Source: Octopus sinensis
Taxonomy: Eukaryota
Direction: 5' to 3'
Length of the DNA: 64,000 nt
NCBI RefSeq assembly: GCF_006345805.1
Contig: NC_043022.1
Location: 62,001 to 126,000, forward strand
This document shows, in pieces, positions 39,251 through 52,953 of this stretch. The position numbers and the translations under genes were made by a program. The notes under the pieces were generated by a model. That model did no database searches. It had not been told where the DNA came from and was given only the letters and a program-made list of their open reading frames with translations. Positions within the stretch are counted from its first letter, which is position 1, and each line of letters begins with the position of its first letter.

Positions 39251-39960
39251 CCTGTTTAACAATTATATATCCGCTGCATATATATATACATTTATTCCCC
39301 ACTTATGCTTACTTTGTATACATAGTAATACACATAGATGCTCGCATATATATCCACACATATACATATATCTGTTTATACACATACCTATATACCTATA
39401 TATATATGTATATAGTATTATATATATATATATATATATATATAAATTAATAAATAAATAAAACATATGCATATATACATACATATATGTACGTACCTAC
39501 CTCTACATGTATATATATATATATATATGCATGTATGGGTACAGGACACCAAAAAAACGTCGAACGCAATGAGAAAAGTAAACATAAACACAAAACCAAG
39601 GAAATGGACATTTTTCTTAAACAACGAAAAAATAGAGTACAGGACATACAAAACAAGGAAAATTCCCCTTCTTCAGTCGCCTTTGTTTCATCTACTTCAC
39701 GTTTCGAAGGTCAAGGCGATACATGACTTTAATGAAACAATCCTTCCCGCGAAAATCAAATTAAATAAAATTTGAGATATTTTTGCGGAGGGGTAAAAAT
39801 GGTAACAAAAGCAGGACAGTAACGACAGTACAAAATATAAACAGTAAAAGACAGGACAAGGTGAATAACAGTAACACAAACAAGAAGGGCTGTTAAGCCG
39901 AACGAGATAAAAAATTTTACGAACGCTATTTTTTGAGAACGGTGAGGGAGCAACAAATGT

Positions 39961-40265
39961 GCCGTCTCTACTTGAAGGTAGCCAGGAAAGAAAGACAGTA
40001 GCAGAGTTCTCGTCGCGGGTCAACGACGAGAGGGAGGAGGAGAAGTAAGAGAAAAGGAGAGAAAAAAAGGGAATGGTTATAGAGAAAAATAATGAAGACA
40101 GTTGTCTCTCCCTCTCTCTCTCTCTCATTCTTCATTCTTTTTCTCTACAACCATTCCCTTTTTTCTCTCCCTTTCTCTTACTCCTCCTCCTCCCTCCCGT
40201 CGTTGACCCGCGACGAGAACTCTGCTACTGTCTTTCTTTCCTAGCTACCTTCAAGTAGAGACGGC
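39961..40265. repeat. Palindrome (arms 39961-~40095 / ~40130-40265); right-arm extension shared with 13170-13225
   Basis: gccgtctctacttgaaggtag..gacgag mirrored by cgtcgttgacccgcgacgag..ctaccttcaagtagagacggc. Confidence 0.85.
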
Positions 40266-40404
40266 AGAGAGACTAAATTTCAACTGAGAGGTCATGAATG
40301 TAAACACAGAAATGCCATTGACAAACAGGAAGCAAAAGGAAACGGCAACCACCTGCCAAAATGGACCAATCATCTTATGTGCATGTATATGTATATATAT
40401 ATGT

Positions 40405-40443
<39 letters not shown>

Positions 40444-40557
40444 TAATATATATATATAATATAATCATATAGATAATATATATATATATAATATATATAT
40501 ATATATAATATATATATATATATAATATATATATATTATTAATAAATATATATATAT

Positions 40558-40614
<57 letters not shown>

Positions 40615-41083
40615 ATATATATATAAAATTAATATTATATATAATATATGAATTTATATATATAATATATATATTTATAATATATATATTATATATATAA
40701 AATTTCATAAGTTTAAAGTTTTAGAAAGCTCACCGTGTTTGTCGGTTATAAATAGTCCATAAATATATGCCCTCGACGGAAAAAAGCTAGGTTGCCGTAC
40801 AAATATATACTTACATACATATATAATATCTATATATATATATACTTACATACATATATACATATCTATATATATATATACTTACATACATATATACATA
40901 CATATATATATATATATATACTTACATACATATATACATACATATATATATATATTTACTTACATACATATATACATACATATATATATATATAAATACA
41001 TATATATGTTATAATATATATATATATACATACATATATATGTATATATATATTATATATATATATATATATACATACATTAC

Positions 41084-41117
<34 letters not shown>

Positions 41118-41118
41118 G

Positions 41119-41162
<44 letters not shown>

Positions 41163-41419
41163 ATATGCATACATACATATATAATACACACACACACACA
41201 CACATTTATATATATGTATGCATGTATGATGTAACTTACGTATAATATAGCAAAACAGCAAAACTATAAAGGTATCGGGTCATATTATTACATGCGAGGC
41301 CAACATGGGGTGGGTTTAAGCGCCTTCGAAACAAAACTGGATATCCTCCTGTCAAAATACCAGGTCCTTGCCACTGAGGTACAGACACCTGAGAGAGGAC
41401 AGATATAGATAGATAGCTC

Positions 41420-41574
41420 GACCCCAGTACGCAACTGGTGCTTAATTTATCGTCCCTGAAAGGATGAAAGGCAAAGTCAACCTCGGCGGAATTTGAACTC
41501 AGAACGCAAAGACAGACGAAATAACGCTAAGCATTTAGCGCGGCGTGTTAACGTTTCTGCCAGCTCACCGCCTT
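41420..41574 (-). mobile_element. SINE family 2 fragment
   Basis: aaggatgaaaggcaaagtcaacctcggcggaatttgaactcagaacg...gccagctcaccgcctt. Confidence 0.85.
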
Positions 41575-41920
41575 AGTAGCTTCAGTAAACTAAATGACAA
41601 ATGTGTTCATCTTAATGAGATATCTGTGCGTCATTGGAATGTAGTGATAGACGGCTGTACAATACGAATACTACTCTGAGTCTCTGTGACTAGAACCTAG
41701 TGGCAGACCGAATCTAGATGAACGATGATTATGTGAAATAGCAGGTTTTACATCAGAACGCACCTCTCCTACGAAGTACTGTGACAACAGCGAGCGTTGC
41801 GTCCTTGAGCAAGACACTTTATTTCACGTTGCTTCAGTTCACTGAAATGGCAAACATACATACTACATACATATATATATAATGTATGTATATATGTATG
41901 ACTGTAAATATGTATGTATG

Positions 41921-41964
<44 letters not shown>

Positions 41965-42999
41965 TATATATATATAGTTTAACACCTCAAGCATTCTTCC
42001 TTTAATACATTACCTTTGCCTTTATAGCAGTTGAAAATGGTATTACCACATCAGTCACTGGGTATAAGACTCTCCTATTCAAGTTGATTTACTTAGGGGC
42101 TGACTAACACGCATCCCACTCTCACGAGTATTTCGTATCAGATACCTTCATATCGTTAAAAGCATTCTCCACTGTACGGCTGTAAATTTGGATGGATGGC
42201 CCCCTCAACTGAGTTTACTTCCGATACACTCTCCCTCCCCCTTCTATTCGTTTCATCCAACAAATTCTCATTATAACACGTCTGCACTTCTTTCTTTACA
42301 TTTCATGAATAACAAGAGTATCATTATCATTCCGTACAAAATCTTCTTCATTAATGTCTTTCATTTCTCCCCCAAACAATCTTGCCATTCAGAATATGTC
42401 ACACTTCTGATGTTCACTTCTGATGTCTTAAAACATTGATAAACTTCTTACTCTGCTCATCTTCCTTTCTTTGATATAAATGTTGCGTTGTTTATTTTCT
42501 TGCAGCTTGGTGTTGCTTTTTGTGGTCCCCTTTTGCCAATCTTTCCAAACCCGTCCCTTAACCTATGTGGCCCTTTCTATGCAGCTATTCCACTATATAT
42601 ATAAATTACATATGTATGTCTGTTTGTATACATATATATACACACACATATATACAGCACAGTGCTACTGTTGCTTATAGCACCAGGAAGAGTGTGTGGG
42701 GTGTGTCTGTGTGAGTGAGTGAGTGAGCGTGTGAGTGAGTGAGTGAGTGAGGGAGGGAGGGAGTGTGTGTGTAGGTGCATAATGAAGCCACATATTAATG
42801 AGTGTTCATACATATTTATACAAAATACAAAATGTATATTTGTTAATATTTATTGTACATATCACTGACCTTAAGAATCCAGACAAAAGAAAAAGGAAAT
42901 GGAAAATGAGAGACTCTAAAGTTTAAAAAGAAAAAAATAGAAAGTGAAGAGAAATACTATGAAACACTTATAAGGAAATATTGTGTTAAGGTCGCAAAT

Positions 43000-44010
43000 C
43001 TATCCACGTGTTTGTGGCCTTACAGTCTCTTGCATGACTGACAATCTGACTTATCATAATGCTAGAAGAAGGCATACACAACACTGGTAATTCCTCCAAT
43101 ACACATTGTACAGTATCACAACGTCAGGGTATGGGAACTCATTCGGATGAAGAATACAGAGCAGGAAGAATTGGTCAAGAGAATGAACTACCAACGAAAA
43201 CAAATAGACACACGCGACAAAATAATTCAACTGTTCATATCATTGCAAACTGTCCCAATCTTGTACAACACACTCGATTAAATAAGCCAAACAACACCTA
43301 TAGGAATCAGCCTATATTTCCTCATCCTAACACGATCCCTAAAGTAGTAGAGAACTGGTACCTTGCTAACCTCCACGAAAGAGACAGATATATTGGCTAA
43401 CACCTGCAACTCAGCATCCTCATCCTGCGCTCTAGTAAGCTGCTCTCTAGAAAGAAGACCTGAAGAGTCACTACCCATCGAAGCGAAGTCATCAGCCTCT
43501 AATTTATAAAAATAATGATCCAAGTAATTCCTGACAAATCACGAATGGAATCATTCGGCAAAGAAGACTTGGAAGAAATGTCTTTCGACATCGAACAGGC
43601 CGCTGCACATGGAGGAAAAAATACCAGGAAAATCATCCTCCAACTGTTCTGTATTACCTGAACTCCCTGGAGAAATAGTGACAATAGGATCAACACCAAA
43701 TTGGACCCCATAACATCATTTCCGATCAACACCCAGAAATGGGAGAGAGTCAAGAACACCTACTCTCACCTCACCAGAAATGACAACCGAAATTAAATTC
43801 AGAAAATGGAGAGGAGCAGAAGAATTGCCGCATTATACCCTGAAACAAAACATCTGAGTTCCCTGACGACTCAACAAAAAAAGACAAAATATCCTTCGAA
43901 ATCAGAGACTGAAGAGCTCCAGTATCCCTCAAAATAGTAACGGGACGTGGGATAGACGTATCTCTCATACGTGACACAGAACATGTTGAAACAAAGAGCA
44001 AAAACTAATT
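43000..44010 (-). pseudogene. Ty3/Gypsy relic: aspartic protease followed by integrase-proximal region
   Basis: PVTILRDTGALQSLI (D-T-G protease motif), then ~450 bp downstream LSREQLTRAQDEDAEL..VLYYFRDRVRMRK. Confidence 0.6.
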
Positions 44011-44756
44011 CCGAACTACGGAATCTGAGGGTTTACAAACAAAACTCTCCGGAAAGAAAGGCTTAGGTGCAACAAATACAAAAGCATTTTGGGGACCTGT
44101 GAACTAAACCCCCATGCTATATATATATATATATATATATATATAATGATAAATCTCAGAGCGAGTTATAAACAGTAGCAGCAACACATCGTGACGTATA
44201 TTTGCCATTTGAATATGGCTAACCCCTAAGGGTGGATGCTACTGTAATTTGTAGCCCCAGGAGGACACCTCCTCCAGCTGGCTATAGACGCACTTTCTGT
44301 GTCCTATCAGTATTTGCAAAGGGAAGCCATCCTTCCCGTCTTCAACTTATGATACACACGGACTCGAGTTTCAGGGTATTGACCCGTCATCGGCGTGTGA
44401 CAATCATAGTTGTCGATGAGTTTATCTTTATTATGATCAAGTGATCTAACATAGAATTGAGACATTACAGGACAAAACAATTACAAAAATGCTATGCGAG
44501 TTCGAATGAAATTATAAAAATTACAAAAGTAAAATTTTATGTAACTTGAACGAAAACTTGGCTTACTTTGCCTTGAAACGAAACCTTGGCTTACTTTTGC
44601 CTTTATCACGAGAACTTTTAGTGCGTATGTTTTCTTTTTTATTATTTCTTTATTTTAAACATTTATATACAGTGAAAGGGAATGGGAGGTACCAGTTTCA
44701 ATTTTGAACCCGGAAGCCTATAAATCCCAGCAGCTGATTTTTCCTTTCCTCGATGA

Positions 44757-47700
44757 TTAAGCTGGGTTACTCTCACCCAACTTTCTCATCACATCCTTCC
44801 AACGTTCCATATACTCTTTCTGTGGCAGGCTCCTCTTCTCCAACCCCATCTTGCTCTTCAGATGATATCTGAAGTATTTTAACAAACCGGGGCCAGAGAC
44901 AAAGGACCCTTTCACAAGACCTTCCAATCTAGTTCTCCATACACACTCTTTCAATACTGCAACCGTACAGTAAAAACAGGCCTTACCTTCCTTTGAGAGT
45001 CCAGTTGGCGGTATCATCTTAATCATAGATCCAGTCGACAGCTGTACTCGTCCCAGATGCGACAACACGTGTTCCACGTAACTTATCAAGCCTGACAGCT
45101 CCCGACATTGTACAAAAGCGTGTTGAACGGTTTCATCGTCCAACCCACATCTTGGACACGTCGGTGGCACTGACATTCCGTGCCTGGATAACTTCTCGCG
45201 AACAGATAATGCATTCCTATAGCACTGCCAGGTCAGGGATTTTTGATAATTATCCAAATACCCCGACCTGAAAGTCTTCTTAAACAGGTTGGAGAGTTGA
45301 TCCTCATCGAACCCCAGAGCCCTTCCTAGGACGTCGTCATTTTTTCCCTCTACCAGCCCTTTATAGAACACCGAGGTGGTATTTCCGCTGCCGGCCTTGC
45401 CCATCTTGTGGATCAGCCAGAGTGCCTGTCGGCACTTCTTCTGCCATGAAGTTAGTTTACGTCCTTTAATGAGACCGGGTGTAAATCCTTCCATAGAGGC
45501 CGGTCGCGGGAAGAATTCCCCTGCCAGCGAACTCCACACCTTATCATCCTCCAGGTAACACCAGAGGTGTCTCAGCCTCAACGCATGCTTGCGCATCATT
45601 AGCCAAGGCATCCCCAGTCCACCCTTTAGCGGTTCCTGGCAACACGCGGAGCGTCTCACAAGTGGCTTTCCTCCTTTCCACAAAAAGCGGAAAAGGAGTC
45701 GTTCCAACTTGTTTAACCACGAATCGGGGCAAGGCACGACGGTCAGGCGGTAGGTGACGACAGAGGCTATGAACAACTGTACCACCTCCGCCCTCCCTTT
45801 CAAGGAAAGATGCCTTCCGGACCACTTCCGTACTATGGCATCCACCTTGCTCGTTACCACGCTCCAATTCTTCTCCGTCTGGGAGTCTGGACCAAACCAG
45901 ACTCCGAGCAATTTAACAGGACCATCCGTCCAGTGACCAACAACACTGGGCGGTATCGGCTTGTTCCTCCAGTGCCGAGGCGCAAACCGATGGACTTGTC
46001 CCTGTTAACTTTTGCCCCTGCCACCGCTTCGTATCTATGGAGAGCACCTGCTACCCGAGGTAGCTGTGTTCCGTTGGATACGATGAGGGTGACGTCATCC
46101 GCATAGGCAGAAACAGACTTACCGCATCCGATTTTATTAGGGTTGCCTCCTAACTTCTCCAGCTTTCGCAGCAATGGCTCAAGAGCCAAAACATACAGGA
46201 GCGGGGACAAGGGGCACCCTTGACGAACTGAACGCTTGATCGAAAACGGCTCCGTTAGGTAACCGTTTATCTGGACTGTGGACTTGATGCCGCTGTACAT
46301 AGCTGAGATCCACCCGCAGAAGCCAGGGCCCAGCCCAGCCGCTTCGAGGACCGCCGCCAAGTACCGATGGTCTACCCTATCAAACGCTTTACTTGGTCTA
46401 AATGGACCAATGCCCCTCCTTTGCCGTCTAATTTCCCGACCCTATCTATAGTGTAGCGGAGAAGGTGAAGATATCCTGGATCGACCTGCCTGGGATTGCA
46501 CATGTCTGTGCCTTCCCGACAAGTTTCTCCACGACAGCCGTGAACCTTTTTGCTAACACCTTGGCCAAAATCTTAAACTCTACATTAAGTAGAGTTATAG
46601 GCCTGTAATTACTAATACTGTCCCCCTTGCTCGGATCTTTCTGGACCAGCGTCACAACTCCCCGACTCACAGAGCTGGGAATCCTACCATTCTGTTGCCA
46701 GTTTGCATAGACGCTTGCCAGTATGTCCCCGAACAAGTCCGGCATACAACAATAAAATTCATAGGGCAGACCATCCAATCACGGCGACTTTTCCCCGGCG
46801 CACTCGGCCATAACCCCTCTTACCTCCGCGGGAGAGATCGATCCTTCACAGCACTCCGCCTCACCTGCCGAGAGCCGAGGCCCACCAGCTAGGAAGTCCT
46901 TTAAGGTCTCCCCACGCTCGAGCGGACCACCGTCCCCAAACAGCCGTGCGAAATGCTGGTGAAGGACCTTCTGCATCTCCTCCTGTCCATAGATCTTGCG
47001 GTCCTGCTCGTCAGTTAAGGACATAATACAGGACGTTTTGCCCTTCTGACTCTCCTCACGACGGGCCCATCCGGCAACGTTAATACCTTCTCGTTTTCCT
47101 GCACGTAACTTAGCTCTGACTCTACACCCCTCGTGCTTGGCGTTGAGGTGACGGTACAATACCTCTCTCGCTGCCAACACTCCGGATGCACAGCCAGATT
47201 CCATAGCCTCGTCTAAGTTCTTAACTAATTCGCCCTCTATTCTAGTCCTATCTAAACTTAGCTGCTTGCTAAATCTAATGGACTCCAAACGGATGGCTCT
47301 TTTGAGGGCGAGCCACCATCTATTATTAATGATGGTGCCACATAATGCCCTCTGTACTAATTCCTTAATCCGGTTACGGAAAGCTTCACAAGTCAAAATA
47401 GACTTGTTCATTTTCCAGTACCCGGGACCTTGTCTATGGCATTTATCTACCTGTATCTCACACGTCACAAGTTTGTGATCCGTGTAAGGCACAACAGAGA
47501 ATTGTGGACAGCTAACACTATTCCTATCTCGTTTCTTAACAAATACTCTATCTATGTACGATCTGCGTGAGCCGTCGTTATTACTCCACGTCCACTGTGG
47601 AACGTTCGGCTCATCCAGTCGAAAACGGTCTACTAGATTAAAGCTCGCTAGTAGAGCCTTGAGGCCAGGATTCCCCTTCCTTTCGCTCGAGCCTACACCA

Positions 47701-48143
47701 TCCACCCGCGCATCGAGAATGGTGTTGAAATCCCCTACCAAGACTACCGTTTTGGACGTCACTAGAAAGTGCTCCAGTTCCCGAAAAAAACCGGTCTGCC
47801 CACGTCCATTAGGAGCGTAGACAGCCACCAACCTGAAGGACTGCTTACTCACGTGCGTCACATCTAGGACAACCAGCCTACTTTCTGGGTCCAGAAAGAC
47901 AGTACTTACCTGTAAGTCCAAGTTCTTCCTGAAAAGAACTGCCACGCCTGCACCTCCCTTCCGGCTAGGAGAAATAAATTTCTCGTAACCATTGAGAAGT
48001 GGTGAGAACGCTTGGGGTCCTTTCATCTTGGACTCGGTGATAATAGCTACATCGATTCTATGTGAAATGAGGTCGTCCCGAAAACAAGCCTGTTTCCATT
48101 TCGATCCCATTCCACGCACATTTATACAACCTAACTTAATCAT
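44757..48143 (-). pseudogene. Tx1 ORF2: APE endonuclease, RT and C-terminal Cys motif, with frameshifts
   Basis: CINVRG, VYAPN, LVGDFN, SYIDRVF, TDHKLV, SPG/DGLP, YRPITLLN, RQGCPLSP, YADD, CPRCGLDDETVQH across ORFs 46779-48143, 46446-46778, 45854-46360 and 44757-45911. Confidence 0.92.
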
Positions 48144-48165
48144 CGAAAAAAAGAAAATTACTTAC

Positions 48166-49738
48166 TCACGGTTGCGAGAGGGAGCCTGGCAGATTCCTTC
48201 TGCCTGTCTCCCCACCACTCGCCGTTGCTGCTGGGCGTTTCACCGGCGTTGCCACCGGGCTCTGGGTTGGTGTGGCTGCCGGGCTGACGTATAATTTTCC
48301 AGTTGTCACCTCCTGGGTGACATCCTTAATGCAGCCGGCTTTTACGAGGTCTTGTAAGTTTTTTCCTTTCCATCCTTCTTCGCCGACCCTTGCATATCGC
48401 CACTCCGCTTCCTTCTCGGTCGCTTTGTAGCACCTGATCTGCGTACTTGCTTGCACAAATTTTACTGCTCTCTCGTTCCTTGTGGTGTATGCTATAATTT
48501 TTTCATTGGGTTTAAACCCTTTTACAGTCGTGGGGTGGGGTTTGTTAAAGTGCTGGCCTATAAATGTAGTACCGCCGGGGTGGGATTGGAGAATATTTTT
48601 AATTTGTTCGTCTGCGTTGTTTTTTTTTTGTTACGGGTGGGGAGTCAGGGGTGATGGATTTTTTCCTTTTGTTCGACACGTTCGTGAATTCCATCTCTTC
48701 TTGTATATTTGTTTTTGTCGTGTTAATTTCCTCCTCCTTTCCTTTCTCATTTTGCATTTCGTTCTTGTCTTCCTCCTTTTTGGAGTTCGACCTGTTTTTT
48801 TTTCCTCCTTGCTTTCGCCAGTCGTTACTTTGTTCTCCACTTTGCTGCTTTCTGCGTTCTTCACAGCGTTTTGTGTGTGTGTGTGTGTGTGGGGGGGGCG
48901 TTGCCCGTATTATTTTTCTTTGTGCAAACGGAGCGAACGTGGTCCTTTTGCCCGCACTTAAAACATCTGGGCCTGCGTCCTTCCACTGAAACTCGTATGG
49001 AGTGCCCTCCCCCACGAAGACTCTGTCTGGTAGGCTTTCCAGCGTCGCATTTTCCGCCTGGATAATCATCTCCAGCTGCTGGCCTCTCCAGTGTTTTGGA
49101 ATTTTCCTCTTCATACTCAAAATTGTCAATTTTGATTCAACATAAAAAATGACCGCTGTTGCCGCCCACATCACGTCGTAGCCGTTTGGTATATCTTCCA
49201 GAGTCACTTTTGCTGTTCTGCATCCCAAATATAAGGGTAGCAGTATTATATTCTCGTTTTTCAACGTTTGCGTCGAAATTTGCCTTGCTTCTCCCGCCGT
49301 CTCAAAATGCGCCTCCACTGTAGCGCTTCTTGCACCTCGGTTGACATGACGAACTTTACTCCATATTGGTGCCATACACTTTTCGACCATTTCGTTTTTT
49401 ACGTCGGTCATTCGTTTTTCTTTTATATTGTACACCTTGTAGGTGACCATTTTTTCCCTTATTGCCTGTATAGTTTCAGGGGGCGGTACCAATCGTGTTT
49501 CTTCACCACTTTTTTGCACAAGTTGTCTGAACTTGAATAGTCTTTCCATTGACACCTACATTTCTTCCACTTCGCCACCTACGGCGTCTGAAAAACTGGG
49601 TTTTGCCTGTGTTTCCTTTTGTTTAACAGTTGTTATACCTTCTCCCATCTCGGGAAAGTCTTTTTTTGAACTTAAGTCTAATTCCATATTAGACAACACA
49701 AACTTGTCACAAATGACAAAAGAATTTTTTTTCTCCAA
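48166..49738 (-). pseudogene. Tx1 ORF1 with CCHC knuckle, frameshifted
   Basis: ORF 48599-49555 shifts near 48990; the alternative frame reads VSVEGRRPRCFKCGQKDHVRSVC. C-terminal part in 48166-48456. Confidence 0.82.
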
Positions 49739-50109
49739 AAATAACCTATACAGGTTAAGAGTTCACACAAAAAAACACACAGAAATTTTCTACCCCGAAG
49801 GGCGAAAATTACTGGGTCAAAAACAGTTCAACAATTATATTGCGTGTAACACAACAAAGTAGACAAACGGAAACGAACTCACACAACGATTTGCAGCAAC
49901 AGAAAAATATTTGATATACTCCGAGGAAAAATTAAAAAACACCGGTTTTCGATGAGAATTAGGTTCCCTTTGCAAATACTGATAGGGCACAGAAAGTGTG
50001 TCTATAGCCAGCTGGAGGAGGTGTCCTCCTGGGGCTACAATCTACAGTAGCATCCACCCTTAGGGGTTAGCCATATTCAAATGGCACATATATACATCAC
50101 GATATTATA

Positions 50110-50149
<40 letters not shown>

Positions 50150-50196
50150 TATTATATATATATATATATATATATATGCATGTATTTATATACATA

Positions 50197-50587
50197 CTAG
50201 CAGTATCGCCGGCGTTGCTCGGGTTGTAAGGGAAATAACTATATAAGCATTTTTAGAGAGTTATATCCAAAAAATAGCAAAAAAAATGCATTAAAAATTG
50301 AAAAAAAAATTAAGGTAAATTTTTTTTAAATCGTTGACACATCGTAGATATTTTAGAGAGTTACTTCCCTTATATAAAAGCGAAAAAAATGCATTAAAAT
50401 GGAAAAATATGATGGTAAATTTTTTTTAATCGTAGACTCATCGTAGACGCGCGCTAATACCCAGAAGGGCTCGATATGAATCACGACTATAAGATACCCG
50501 CTTTTGGTTAAATGCACCGCAAAATGTGGGAGTAATTACGAATGTAAATCGAAGGGACAGACACACAACTTCACTCTTATATAAAGA
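50197..50587 (-). mobile_element. Non-autonomous Helitron (family A)
   Basis: A|TC 5' end and CTAG|T 3' end with GC-rich subterminal segment; inverted relative of 52954-53352. Confidence 0.8.
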
Positions 50588-51109
50588 TGCTTTTTTTTTT
50601 CAGTCATAGAGTTAGATTTATGAGGTCTTCTGTAGAAAATCCTTCGAATTCTGACTCGCTGCTTGATATAATGAAATTCGTATCCATTTTTTGTCAGAAT
50701 TACAAATTTTGAAAAACACAATAGGAACAAATTTCGGAAAAAAATCTCCATAATTCACGGAATTAAAATTACACTTCGATTTTTGTACAAAACTGTATTT
50801 GAAGTGTTTACGAAGTATAATACGTGTTTTCACGAATGTACTAAAGAGATTTACTCTGATATTCTCATTTAAATATGAATAGGTAAATTCGGGCGGTTTG
50901 GTAAGAAAGGGTTTATATAAGTGTCGTCTGTTTATACATAAACACTGTTTCATAGTTTCAGTTTAGTCTTCCTCAAATCACTGTCGCTAATTTACTCTCT
51001 TCCAAGAACATTTTCACTCACTGTTATCTGTTAGCTTCCCATACATTTTACTCATGTATCTATCAGCGTGATAGACAGAAACAAATATTACATTTACTTT
51101 CATTTTATT

Positions 51110-51363
51110 CGTTGCCCACTGTGTGTGTGCGTTTGCGTGTGGTGTAAACCAGACTAAGAAAAGCATTTGACACACACACCAGAATGTGAGTTTTCTGTAA
51201 ATTTTGCTTAATTGGAGTTTAAATTTTAAAAACTGGACCTGGCATGACGCGATGCATTGTACTCTTAAAACTGCTAGGTAAATTGTAATTGAAGAAATCC
51301 TATATTGTAGATTTCTATAAGAGACAAATGGAGGCAGATAAAATCTGCCTTTTATAATAAGAG
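51110..51363 (-). mobile_element. Helitron-like 5' fragment (family B); inverted partner at 51864-52125
   Basis: TC(T)CTTATTATAAAAGGCAGATTTTATCTGCC start at both copies. Confidence 0.55.
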
Positions 51364-52169
51364 ATATATGTAAAAATTTAGATTCAAATGAATATGGTAC
51401 TTAATTTAGATGCACCAGAATTCTGTATGGATGATTATAATCAAAATAAGCAACAAGAATAACTACTACCTCAAATGTTCTTAAAATTTAAATGCACGTC
51501 TTTGTCTATATATCTACCTTCTCTATAATGTTGCCACTTGATATGAAAATTTTGTATTAATGGAAAACCTCTATAATTGGCTGATGAGTACTCAGCATTT
51601 TAAAACTGTCGTAATACTTACAAGATTTAATAAAATGATGTAGTACGAAACGATCATACCGAATTACCGGAGTCATTCTTGTTGCTTAATTTGATTATAA
51701 TCACCCCACGGATTTTTATGGATAACACCATACAGAATTCTGGTGCATCTAAATTAAGTACCATATTCATTTGAATCTAAATTTTTGTTGAACTTATATT
51801 TATATATACATACATACATACATACATACATACACACTTATATATAAATATATATATATATATATCTCTTATTATAAAAGGCAGATTTTATCTGCCTCCA
51901 TTTGTCTCTTATAGAAATCTACAATATAGGATTTCTTCAATTACAATTTACCTAGCATTTTTAAGAGTAGAATGCATCGGGTCGTGCCAGGTCCAGTTTT
52001 TAAAATTTCAACCCCAATTAAGCAAAATTTAGAGAAAACTCACATTGTGGTGTGTATGTCAAATGCATTTCTTAGTGTGGGCTACAGCACACGCACACGT
52101 ACACACACACAAACGGAGCGAACTGTTTCACTGACGCTATCACTCTAATTTCTCCTTTCTCTTTGCAAG

Positions 52170-52845
52170 TGTGCAACGATTAAAGTGAAAACAGTGAATC
52201 CGACAGCGATAAAGAAAATGAATTGGCAACTGAATGGAGTGAAAATTTAAAAACTGTTTCTTTCGGTGATTTTTGTGAAGAAACTGGACCAAGCCACAGA
52301 CTTTCCCAGAAGAGTAAAGCCTTAGACTATTTCTTTTTACTTTTTCGAATGAGCCCATTTGAAATCATTACGGCGGAAACGAACTGTTACGCGAAACGTA
52401 AACAAAGCGAAAGAAAGGATAGTTTGTTATTTCCCACAACCTTAAATGAAATTAAGGCCTATTTTGCCATAAATATTATTATGGGTATCAGAAAGTTACC
52501 CAGAATAACAAATTCTATCGTAAAATTTTGTTGTATAGCTAATTGAATATTAGCTAATAACCCATTTTCTATAGCGATGTTTGAACAAAATTTTAATAAT
52601 TTTATATATTGTTGAATTTACCTGTATCTACCTGCAATTAGAGTCACTTTGTGACAAAAATTATAGTATAGGATTGGTTGAGAACATTTCATTAAATTAT
52701 CTTCTAAAATTCATGTTAATATATTGATAAATAAAAAAGTAATTGTTGTTTAATGAAACCAGACTAAATTTATGATTACGTTAGAAAATAATTGAAACAC
52801 ATAAGGGGTGTATTTTGGTCAGAAATATAGTAACGAAAGGGTTAA
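52170..52845 (+). mobile_element. piggyBac relic: PGBD-type transposase N-terminal part plus right TIR and TTAA
   Basis: GPSHRL..LDYFFLLF..EIITAETNCYA..TTLNEIKAYFAINIIMGIRKLP; ends gtaacgaaaggg|TTAA (52842-52845). Confidence 0.8.
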
Positions 52846-52953
52846 GAAAAACCAAAAAATATTTTATTCTTTATAAATGTTGTGTTCAAAATAACATTTT
52901 CTTTTAAGAATGTGTATATAACAAAGTATGTGTAAATAACTACGTGGCTTATA

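Larger units (their letters stand above)
44421..49948 (-). mobile_element. Near full-length L1-clade Tx1-type LINE (~5.5 kb) with putative TSD TCGATGAG
   Basis: ORF1 and ORF2; A-rich 3' end (ataataaagataaa); TCGATGAG at 44413-44420 and 49949-49956. Confidence 0.88.
44188..50103. repeat. ~140 bp inverted repeats (44188-44328 / 49962-50103) enclosing a Tx1-type LINE
   Basis: Arms match at roughly 90% or more by eye (gccatttgaatatggctaacccctaagggtggatgc...tatcagtatttgcaaaggg). Confidence 0.9.

Noticed and set aside
39961-40265. Hammerhead within this palindrome
   Set aside because: No CUGANGA/GAAA core found on either strand.
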